Source of the DNA: a virus
Taxonomy: Duplodnaviria > Heunggongvirae > Uroviricota > Caudoviricetes
Reading direction: 5' to 3' (one strand)
IMG/VR virus record: IMGVR_UViG_3300007770_000878
Length of the DNA stretch: 17,416 nucleotides
The notes under the pieces: model-generated
Told to the model about the DNA's origin: nothing
Seen by the model: only the letters and a program-made list of their open reading frames with translations
Database searches by the model: none
Part shown: positions 7,290 through 13,836 of the stretch, in pieces
Numbering within the stretch: the stretch's first letter is position 1
Layout: every line of letters begins with the position of its first letter
Translations under genes and position numbers: made by a program

Positions 7290-7783
7290 CGGTTCAGGAT
7301 GTCGTCTACGACGCCTTTCTTCTTATAGTCCACTGCTGGACGAGATATAGCCCTATCCACAGAACCTCTACCGTCAGACTTACTGTGGTCCACAGCGAAG
7401 TGATTGCTGGTCTTAACGCCAGAGATCGGGATGGCTCCCTGGTTGGCGATAACGTCCTGTAACGGAGCAGCAGGGTTTGGATCGATCGGCACACCCGTAG
7501 CTGACGCCATGGTACCGTGTAGTCGCTCAGCAGGCGGGGAGATGTTGGCACGCTTACCGTTGGACAGCATTATGCAGTAATTGTCGTCAGGGTAGGTAAG
7601 GGCTCGTGGACGGTTCTCGGTTAGGTAGGTGCGGGCAAAGAGAATAAACTCTCGGGCCTTCGACAACTTGCCTTTCGCGTCGTCTTCATCGCACCCACTA
7701 AGCTTCTGGGCCTCGACGTACTCTTCCGCTAGAAAACGGAGAAGGTCAAGCTCCTGGCTTTGGGGTTGTTGTTCCTTGTTCAT
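7286..7783 (-). CDS. Hypothetical protein (165 aa)
   Basis: Long ORF in the tiled minus-strand series. Confidence 0.75.
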   Translation of the reverse strand: MNKEQQPQSQELDLLRFLAEEYVEAQKLSGCDEDDAKGKLSKAREFILFARTYLTENRPRALTYPDDNYCIMLSNGKRANISPPAERLHGTMASATGVPIDPNPAAPLQDVIANQGAIPISGVKTSNHFAVDHSKSDGRGSVDRAISRPAVDYKKKGVVDDILNR

Positions 7784-8228
7784 GTTTAGTTTCCGAAAAG
7801 GTGATTGGTTCTCGTATGTAAGTGAAATGCAGCTGTTGCACAGTACTCAGTGCTTCTTCGTTGTCCCACTTACCTGCGACGGCTATCACAGGGTCAGGAA
7901 AGGCCATACGTAAGCCGTCCTGAGCAATAACCTGCAACTCACGAGCTGGCTGGTAGCGGCGAGGCAACGAGCTGAATCGTCGAAACATCGCTTCGATAGC
8001 GTGCTTCTTGCCTGCGACCAGGTCGAAACGGATTGTGTTTGTCTGCAAGTCATGGTGAAAGCTATCGGCGTAAACTTCGTGGGTACGGCGGTTAGCCCTA
8101 AAGGCGAGTCGGTAGGGGTATGTTAGAGTCATGGTCTTTCTATAGGTGGCTCCGGTTGCCTCCCTGTACCCTTTGTAGCAGCTGTAGGTAGCCGCAGCTG
8201 CTAGGAATAATCGAACCAGTAATGGCAT
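7746..8228 (-). CDS. Hypothetical protein (160 aa) with N-terminal hydrophobic segment (signal or anchor)
   Basis: MPLLVRLFLAAAATYSCYKGY; starts 2 nt after the upstream stop. Confidence 0.7.
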   Translation of the reverse strand: MPLLVRLFLAAAATYSCYKGYREATGATYRKTMTLTYPYRLAFRANRRTHEVYADSFHHDLQTNTIRFDLVAGKKHAIEAMFRRFSSLPRRYQPARELQVIAQDGLRMAFPDPVIAVAGKWDNEEALSTVQQLHFTYIREPITFSETKHEQGTTTPKPGA

Positions 8229-8230
8229 GG

Positions 8231-8710
8231 TTAGTCGCTATCGTCGGACACTAGCTCGACCTTGCCGAACTTTACGCCTTCCGGCAACTGGCCAGCGAAC
8301 TTTTTGTTGAACACATCGGTGGCAAAGGCCTGGAAGAAGGGATCGGTGTAGCACAGTACACGAAAAGGATCACCTTTCTGCCGTCCTTGGATCGGTCGAG
8401 ATAGTTGTCGGTGTCCAGACATGCCGCTAGTTGTAGTTGACACGAACTTATTCGTTACAGCAGGAACCCGAACCGGGCTGTCGGCCAGGCTGTCACCCCT
8501 TTCGCCTCGCATAGCTGCCAGGACCTCGCGTTGCTGGGGACTCAGTTCCGCCTCTACCCTCTCCGCATGCGTCAACAGGCGTGGCGGATCGGATTGAGTG
8601 GAGGACGTTGCTGAGGTCGGTGGTTCCTCGTCCAGCAAGTACGCTTTCGCTATCGTCAGCCAGTTCCGCCACGACGATAGGTTTTTCTGGAAGAGTTCGC
8701 TGAATGTCAT
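8231..8710 (-). CDS. Hypothetical protein (159 aa; start uncertain, alternative ATG at 8512)
   Basis: Fills 8231-8492 in the tiling; the 5' part overlaps 8493..8837 by 218 nt. Confidence 0.65.
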   Translation of the reverse strand: MTFSELFQKNLSSWRNWLTIAKAYLLDEEPPTSATSSTQSDPPRLLTHAERVEAELSPQQREVLAAMRGERGDSLADSPVRVPAVTNKFVSTTTSGMSGHRQLSRPIQGRQKGDPFRVLCYTDPFFQAFATDVFNKKFAGQLPEGVKFGKVELVSDDSD

Positions 8711-8837
8711 TTTTGTTCACTTGGTCGTCGGTGTGTTTAGTACGAAATATTGTCACCAAGTAGGCCGTGACAAGTAGGATACAGCCCAAGCCTATTAGAG
8801 CCGCAGACGTAAGCATGATTACGAGATCAAGAGGCAT
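8493..8837 (-). CDS. Single-pass membrane protein (114 aa) directly downstream of the tubulin gene
   Basis: GGAG-6 nt-ATG inside the tubulin 3' end (11-nt overlap); TM segment LVIMLTSAALIGLGCILLVTAYLVTIF followed by RTK. Confidence 0.7.
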   Translation of the reverse strand: MPLDLVIMLTSAALIGLGCILLVTAYLVTIFRTKHTDDQVNKNDIQRTLPEKPIVVAELADDSESVLAGRGTTDLSNVLHSIRSATPVDACGEGRGGTESPATRGPGSYARRKG

Positions 8838-10041
8838 CGTCTACTCCAAGGAATTCTGCAAGTTGTGACTTAGGCATACCGCCCTTGCCTGCTAGTTCCT
8901 TGAGGCGGTCTGCAGGGGGATCGAGGCCTGCCAGCAATGTGAAGCATCGCAAACCGGCTTTAGATCCTTTGTACACTCCCCGATGCACGAGCGACCCTGC
9001 TCGTAAAAGTCGTTCGAGCATGTCAAACCCACCAGCAAAAAAGTCCATTGGCATGGAGTTAAGTGTTTCTTCGCCACCGACAAACAGGCAACCAGCTTCT
9101 CGTCCTGTTTTGAGGTCAACGTCTGCAAGAGCTGTTCGTGCAAGCTGCTCTCGGACAGTCCTTGCGACATCAGCTGGGCTGTCGAATTTCGTAATTGGGG
9201 AAGCCCCGTAGACAACAATCCCCTTATCAAGTAGCGAACCGAGTTCTGCTCTGTCGAGGGTAAGGAGCTGGCTACGCTGTGCAGCGAGTTGATTAAAGAG
9301 GTGAAACAGGCGTGCTGTCTGCTCATTGCATCGGTCGTAGACTTGGGTGATTCCGACACGAAATAGCTCCTGGATACGCTTGTTGTCGATAACGACCATA
9401 GGCGACGGATCCATGGCTCGTAGCTTCCGGAACGACGTCAGTGCGTTCAGGGCAATGCGTTGACCCTCATCTGGATGCGGCAACGCAACGATGCAGCCTA
9501 CTCTGGGAACACGATCGATGGCTTCCATGTAACGGCGAGCAACATCAACAACAATATGGCTGCCGCCAGCACCTGTACCACCGCCGAGACTATTGCAAAC
9601 CAGGATATAATCCACATCACGACCCACACCACGAACGAGTAAATCCCAGATCTCCTCTTTGTTAGCGGAAAGAGCTGCGTCACCTTTGGCCAGATCCTTG
9701 CCCGAGCCGCCTACGCCCAGACTGAGCTGGGGAATGTCGGGGTGGGTTTCTCGTACGTCAGCTAGGTCCTGAATAGGGCCGTCAATGACTACGACGCGGC
9801 GGTAGCCTATATCGTAGAAGGTGCGAGCGATACGGCAGCCAGCTTGCCCAACACCTACCAGAGCCACCTTGAACGCCACGTCGTAATCGAACGCGTCTTC
9901 AGGGGCGTCCTGCAACCGTACCTCTTCCTCTACAGAAGGCAGCTCGGGGATGGCGATGTCATCGTCAATCCCATGGTCGCTTATTGGATCTAATGAGGAA
10001 GGCCGCTCAGGCGGCAACGGTACGCGAGGTTCATCTGTCAT
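8827..10041 (-). CDS. Tubulin/FtsZ-superfamily GTPase (phage tubulin; CetZ/TubZ/PhuZ-like), 404 aa
   Basis: T1 loop GVGQAG (9838-9855), GGSGKD, signature GGGTGAG (9565-9585), LPHPDEG, VIDN, and T7-like LDRAEL. No FtsZ C-terminal linker or conserved peptide is evident, so ftsZ is not assigned. Confidence 0.9.
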   Translation of the reverse strand: MTDEPRVPLPPERPSSLDPISDHGIDDDIAIPELPSVEEEVRLQDAPEDAFDYDVAFKVALVGVGQAGCRIARTFYDIGYRRVVVIDGPIQDLADVRETHPDIPQLSLGVGGSGKDLAKGDAALSANKEEIWDLLVRGVGRDVDYILVCNSLGGGTGAGGSHIVVDVARRYMEAIDRVPRVGCIVALPHPDEGQRIALNALTSFRKLRAMDPSPMVVIDNKRIQELFRVGITQVYDRCNEQTARLFHLFNQLAAQRSQLLTLDRAELGSLLDKGIVVYGASPITKFDSPADVARTVREQLARTALADVDLKTGREAGCLFVGGEETLNSMPMDFFAGGFDMLERLLRAGSLVHRGVYKGSKAGLRCFTLLAGLDPPADRLKELAGKGGMPKSQLAEFLGVDDAS

Positions 10042-10553
10042 GCTTGGTACTCCTGGTAGGATTTCTCCTCAACCAATGCGGAGCCTGTCAATTTGTTGAT
10101 TTCTTTCTTGAGTGCCGCACGCTTATCGTTAGTCAGGTAGACTGAGCGAGCGAGAAACAGGTACGTCTCGAGCCGAGCTTGTTCGCTCCAAAAGACGAGG
10201 TCGTTGCTGTGGAATACATACCTGTCGATTTTGCGAATGTCGTCCTCAATGTCCCACAGTTCTTCGTTGACCTTCTTGAGTTCGTCCTTGACATCATGGA
10301 TCTGGGCACAGACAGAGCCTGGTTGGTCAAGTCGCTCTTCTGTCAGCTCCCAGACTGTGCGTAGCTGTGCCAGCTCTGTACGGATGTTTCGTAGCTTGGC
10401 CTCATCCATGATGCGTTCGGACTTGATCTCCAGTATGGTGATCTTGTCCACTAGCTCACCGTGCGAGATAGGCACCCTGACCTCATAACGGCTTTCGTTT
10501 GACCTTTTGTCCGTATCGCCAGGGGTCTTGCTGGTTTCCGGCTCTTGGGGCAT
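10038..10553 (-). CDS. DUF6165-like helical protein (171 aa)
   Basis: Recognised pattern ISxGELVDKITILEIK...N..LWDIEDDIR...ARSVYxTNDxRAxLKxEIN...S.LVEEKSY; GAGGTG SD; ATGA-coupled to the tubulin gene. Confidence 0.8.
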   Translation of the reverse strand: MPQEPETSKTPGDTDKRSNESRYEVRVPISHGELVDKITILEIKSERIMDEAKLRNIRTELAQLRTVWELTEERLDQPGSVCAQIHDVKDELKKVNEELWDIEDDIRKIDRYVFHSNDLVFWSEQARLETYLFLARSVYLTNDKRAALKKEINKLTGSALVEEKSYQEYQA

Positions 10554-10659
10554 TTAACACCTCTTGGGTAGTCTTTTGGTCTTTCTTCCGCTTGACCTTA
10601 GTTGTCACGGCCCGACGGTAGGCCGCTGTTTTCTGTCCTAACCACTTGATCAAAGTCAT
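10483..10659 (-). CDS. Small basic peptide (58 aa; absent from the ORF track)
   Basis: AAGGAGG-5 nt-ATG; MTLIKWLGQKTAAYRRAVTTKVKRKKDQKTTQEVLNAPRAGNQQDPWRYGQKVKRKPL*; 16 K/R versus 3 D/E. Confidence 0.6.
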   Translation of the reverse strand: MTLIKWLGQKTAAYRRAVTTKVKRKKDQKTTQEVLNAPRAGNQQDPWRYGQKVKRKPL

Positions 10660-10683
10660 GGCAACCTCCTTATTGCTCTCGAT

Positions 10684-10710
10684 TTCAGTATAGGCCGATA
10701 GCTAAAAAAA
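10684..10710 (-). promoter_or_regulatory. Candidate promoter TTTTTTTAGCTATCGGCCTATACTGAA heading the tubulin cluster
   Basis: Shares a 13-mer (10698-10710) and a TAnAnT-GAA element with 17379-17403; no canonical -35 box. Confidence 0.45.
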
Positions 10711-10737
10711 GGCCACCCAATGGGGTGGGTGGCCTTT
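10704..10737 (-). terminator. Rho-independent terminator
   Basis: AAAGGCCACCC-ACCCCATT-GGGTGGCCTTTTTTT on the minus strand. Confidence 0.85.
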
Positions 10738-10740
10738 ATA

Positions 10741-10794
10741 GTAGGGTCGAGGTACCTCCTTGTTCCTGTGACCTGCAGGGACCTTCGACCCTAC
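10741..10794 (-). other. Structured 3'-UTR element (10-bp closing stem, internal CCUG/CAGG stem, orphan AAGGAGG)
   Basis: GTAGGGTCGA (10741-10750) and TCGACCCTAC (10785-10794) form an inverted repeat between the stop at 10807 and the terminator. Confidence 0.55.
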
Positions 10795-10806
10795 GGGTAT
10801 ACTCGA

Positions 10807-11607
10807 CTAGTAGTCATCGTCGTCGTCCCAATCATCGTCGCGAGGCGGGGCAGGAGGAATCGGCAACGGTTGCATCGTAGTAGCCTCTGCCTCTGCCGAA
10901 CCTTCTGCGAACGTTGCCTCGGCCTCTTGTCGCTCAGCATCGGTTTCCGGTTCCGGAGCTGGTACGTCAAGCAGGTATGCCGGATCGATTTGTACCTCAG
11001 AACGGCAGTGCAAGCTCAGCAGAAGCTTTCCGAGTGCATGTGGTTTAGTTCGCCCAAACTTACGCAACGGGGTGTGCCCAGGATACCAGCCCGCCAGATA
11101 GGGTTTGCCTTTCTCCATATTGACCAGGAAGTATAGGTCTTTGGCCATTTCGATCGGGCTCAGCTTTGTACCTTTTGGGAAGGCTGTACCCAGCAGGTGT
11201 ACATTGGACCGCCAGGTGTGGTTCGCGTCAGTGTACTCCGTGACATCGCCAGTCTGCTGCGGTACGACCTCGCCGCCAAGACGAAACACCTCTTCGAAGC
11301 TGGTCAAAGTGCTGCGACCACCAAGAGCTTCGCCGCCTCCGGGCAGCCAGTATATGCGAACACCGGCAACGACAGTGTTGTACGGCAGCTGGTCGGTGAC
11401 CTCCACAAGCGGTGCTTGTCGTGGAAGGGCAGAAAGGCGTTTGGCCGTTCTGCTGCACACCATGAAGCCCGTTCGCTGATCTTGCAGCTGTTGGGCAAGT
11501 TGTTTCTTGAGCGGGTCTTTCTGCATGATCTTGAGAAGGCCCAGCAGCTCGCTGACTGTGCGTAGTGTTGGTCCTGCTGCCTTCTTTGCTTCCGTGGCTG
11601 TACTCAC
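10807..11607 (-). CDS. Hypothetical protein (266 aa) with acidic tail
   Basis: GTG with AAAGGA SD; flanked by terminators; ends PPAPPRDDDWDDDDDY. Confidence 0.8.
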   Translation of the reverse strand: MSTATEAKKAAGPTLRTVSELLGLLKIMQKDPLKKQLAQQLQDQRTGFMVCSRTAKRLSALPRQAPLVEVTDQLPYNTVVAGVRIYWLPGGGEALGGRSTLTSFEEVFRLGGEVVPQQTGDVTEYTDANHTWRSNVHLLGTAFPKGTKLSPIEMAKDLYFLVNMEKGKPYLAGWYPGHTPLRKFGRTKPHALGKLLLSLHCRSEVQIDPAYLLDVPAPEPETDAERQEAEATFAEGSAEAEATTMQPLPIPPAPPRDDDWDDDDDY

Positions 11608-11622
11608 GTGTCTATCCTTTGT

Positions 11623-11662
11623 AAAAAGACCGGCGGCCCAACCACTAGGGCAGGGCCGCCGG
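11623..11662 (-). terminator. Rho-independent terminator
   Basis: CCGGCGGCCC-N13-GGGCCGCCGG followed by UCUUUUU; contains CCCUGCCC at the stem/loop junction. Confidence 0.8.
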
Positions 11663-11682
11663 GTCGCCGTCCGATCGGGTAA

Positions 11683-12240
11683 CTAGCTGGCAACGGCCAG
11701 CTGCTTTTGGAACGCCACTAGTGCCTTCGCCGCCAACACAGTCAACTGGTACTTGGTCGTACGCGAAGTTGTCTGGACAGTAACGATGTCATCCTTGGTC
11801 ATGTCGCAGCGTTTTGCTCGACGGGCAATGATGGACATGAACGTTCGGATGTCAGCTCCGAGCTTCTCTTCCAACTTGCCCTTAGTCAACTCTCCGCCAG
11901 CCAAGGCTTCGATACCGCGAACGCCGCTTTCGCTAAGCTCCCGCATGAACTCGAAGAACTTCTCGTTGAACTCCCCCGGGTTGTTGTCGGTGGTCTCCTC
12001 AACCGGTGTTGCAGGGGTAGTAGGTGCCGCCTGCCCCGACCCCGTCGACGCCAACACTTCAGTGAGAAACATCGTGGAACCGACCTCTACGTTTGGTATC
12101 TCGACAGCAAGCCTCACTTGCGTTTGGCCTGTCTCGAGATCCTGCAGTGTCACGAGCAACTCGCCTTGAAAATCAGGGTAGCGAGCCAACAACGCAACTT
12201 GCCGGGCGTTGGTTCGGGGAACTTGTAGTCGCATGGCCAT
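11683..12240 (-). CDS. Two-domain protein (185 aa) with winged-helix-like C-terminus
   Basis: Pro/Thr linker followed by ELTKGKLEEKLG...TTKYQLTVLAAKAL (HTH plus wing-like pattern); GAGGAG SD. Confidence 0.65.
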   Translation of the reverse strand: MAMRLQVPRTNARQVALLARYPDFQGELLVTLQDLETGQTQVRLAVEIPNVEVGSTMFLTEVLASTGSGQAAPTTPATPVEETTDNNPGEFNEKFFEFMRELSESGVRGIEALAGGELTKGKLEEKLGADIRTFMSIIARRAKRCDMTKDDIVTVQTTSRTTKYQLTVLAAKALVAFQKQLAVAS

Positions 12241-12249
12241 AGTCTCAAT

Positions 12250-12269
12250 CTCCTCAAACAGGTACTGGG
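12250..12269 (-). promoter_or_regulatory. Repeated leader motif CCCAGTACCTGTTTGAGGAG (copy 3; includes the SD)
   Basis: 19/20 identical to 1941-1960. Confidence 0.65.
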
Positions 12270-12285
12270 AAGTAAATCAGTGAGG

Positions 12286-12723
12286 CTACTGACGAGGAAC
12301 CGTCAGTGCCTTCACACCCGCAATCGACAAGCCAAGCTCGTTAGCTGCTTGCTCTGTCATGATCACGGTCACAGGCTCAACATCGCCTGCTGCTCGCCCA
12401 CCAGCGATCGGTACAAGGTCAAAACGGACAGTTACCTGTTTATCGTCTTGACTCCAGCCAATCACCTGAGCGTGCTGTGCGGCAAACTGATCCCACTGCA
12501 ACGAGTAGTGGGTGCCGCCGTTTACGTAGTTGCCAACAGCAATGACCACCATTCCGATGATCACGCCGATGACCAAAAATAGTCCTCGGGCCGAGTTGTA
12601 ACCCACACGCTTAGCGGCTTCATATTCGCCGATAGCGTCGAGTGTAAGGATGACCGGATCCTTTCCGCGTAGGTCACAAGGCTTGTCGCGGACAACACCA
12701 GGCCGCACTAGCTCTCTAGTCAT
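12286..12723 (-). CDS. Single-pass membrane protein (145 aa)
   Basis: GGGAGG-5 nt-ATG; TM segment GLFLVIGVIIGMVVIAVG. Confidence 0.8.
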   Translation of the reverse strand: MTRELVRPGVVRDKPCDLRGKDPVILTLDAIGEYEAAKRVGYNSARGLFLVIGVIIGMVVIAVGNYVNGGTHYSLQWDQFAAQHAQVIGWSQDDKQVTVRFDLVPIAGGRAAGDVEPVTVIMTEQAANELGLSIAGVKALTVPRQ

Positions 12724-12740
12724 AACGTCCTCCCTGCTAA

Positions 12741-12767
12741 CAATTGAAGCGTAACCTTCTTCAATTG
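12741..12767. promoter_or_regulatory. Inverted repeat CAATTGAAG-N9-CTTCAATTG (operator-like or hairpin)
   Basis: Perfect 9-bp arms in the intergenic gap; no long U-tract on the coding strand. Confidence 0.5.
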
Positions 12768-12792
12768 ATTCTGACGCAGTTTGAGTCGTTAT

Positions 12793-13836
12793 TTAGACCA
12801 GGCTAGCAAGCGTGCTTCGCCAGGAAGTTTGAAAGAGCCTGCGTCGATTCTCTAACTCCGGCCAAGGCGTACCTTCTAGCTCTTGCAGCCAGTTGGTGTC
12901 TTGTGTGAGTTTGGTGAGTGATCGTACAAGCATACCTGGCGATATCTCTGGCACCATAGGGATGTCCAAAGCGTTCTGGGCTAGGTCACAAGGAAGAAGG
13001 ATGCCGTTATGCTTAGGCACAACGATATCACTGAGTGTGTCCGAATCGGGCGTGACTACGGGAGAACCTGCACATAAAGACTCGAGAGCGGTAAGCCCAA
13101 CTTCGTCTTGAGAGTGCAGATAGTAGGTAAAGTCGTGCGTACGGTAGAGGGCAATACGCTGAGAATGACTTGGCTTACTGACTAGGCGAAAACGATCCCG
13201 GTTTTGATACTGCAACTCTCGCAGAGCCTCCAACGAGGCCTTGTCCCAACGACGTTGATGCGACACAGTCACATAGAGGTTTGGCACCTCGGACATAACT
13301 ACTTGTAATGAGTAGAACAGCTTGGAGCCGAACCTGATCACCGACTTCGGAGGCACCGGTACGTAGGCCCACACGGTACCTTTACTAGTGTAAGCGGGCT
13401 TTCGCAATAACGGTAAGCAAGGATCCCACGGAAGAGCCTGTATCTTGTTTGTGGCCCAACGCCGGTTAAGCAAAGAGGTTACATAGTGGCTAGGACAAAC
13501 AACAGTCTCAAACTCTGATAGAGCTATGGGCGTGTATTGGTCTATGTGATTGAGTAGCAGTATAAGGGAGCACTTTTTCCCTAAGTCCTTTGCTACGATC
13601 AACTTGTTTATGTGACACGCTGTCATCACAACGTGCGAACACCGTCGGGCCCACCAGCCAAATGGGATCTTTTTGCCGTTTACTACTTTTTGGTCCCAGT
13701 TGGGGTGTATGCCTTGGGCGATATTGCCAAAGGCATAGTAGGACACAGGCAGGCCTAGCTGAACCAATTGCTCTGCTAGGCCGACTGCGAGTTCCGTATC
13801 CCGAGACCAAGAGTACGGGGCGTAGATGCCAATCAT
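12793..13836 (-). CDS. GT-B fold glycosyltransferase, GT4 / Glycos_transf_1-like (347 aa)
   Basis: C-terminal HSQDEVGLTALESLCAGSPVVTPD...IVVPKHNGILLP matches the PS..E.FG...LEA...G.PVV....G.L pattern; TAATG-coupled to the portal-like gene. Confidence 0.8.
   Translation of the reverse strand: MIGIYAPYSWSRDTELAVGLAEQLVQLGLPVSYYAFGNIAQGIHPNWDQKVVNGKKIPFGWWARRCSHVVMTACHINKLIVAKDLGKKCSLILLLNHIDQYTPIALSEFETVVCPSHYVTSLLNRRWATNKIQALPWDPCLPLLRKPAYTSKGTVWAYVPVPPKSVIRFGSKLFYSLQVVMSEVPNLYVTVSHQRRWDKASLEALRELQYQNRDRFRLVSKPSHSQRIALYRTHDFTYYLHSQDEVGLTALESLCAGSPVVTPDSDTLSDIVVPKHNGILLPCDLAQNALDIPMVPEISPGMLVRSLTKLTQDTNWLQELEGTPWPELENRRRLFQTSWRSTLASLV

Noticed and set aside
8700-8725. Programmed frameshift joining 8493..8837 to 8231..8710 at AACAAAAATG
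   Set aside because: It is not a canonical X XXY YYZ slippery heptamer and I saw no downstream stimulatory structure.
8892-9359. 155 aa minus-strand ORF nested in the tubulin gene
   Set aside because: Out-of-frame shadow with no recognisable motif or SD.
8827-10041. Calling this gene ftsZ or the window a bacterial dcw cluster
   Set aside because: There are no ftsA/ftsQ/mur neighbours, the T1 loop is GQAG, and there is no FtsZ C-terminal peptide.
1013-11655. GGGCAGGG copies as a tubC-like DNA centromere
   Set aside because: The copies are few and dispersed rather than tandem iterons, and their placement in RNA hairpin loops with G-U stems favours an RNA-level role. It cannot be fully excluded.
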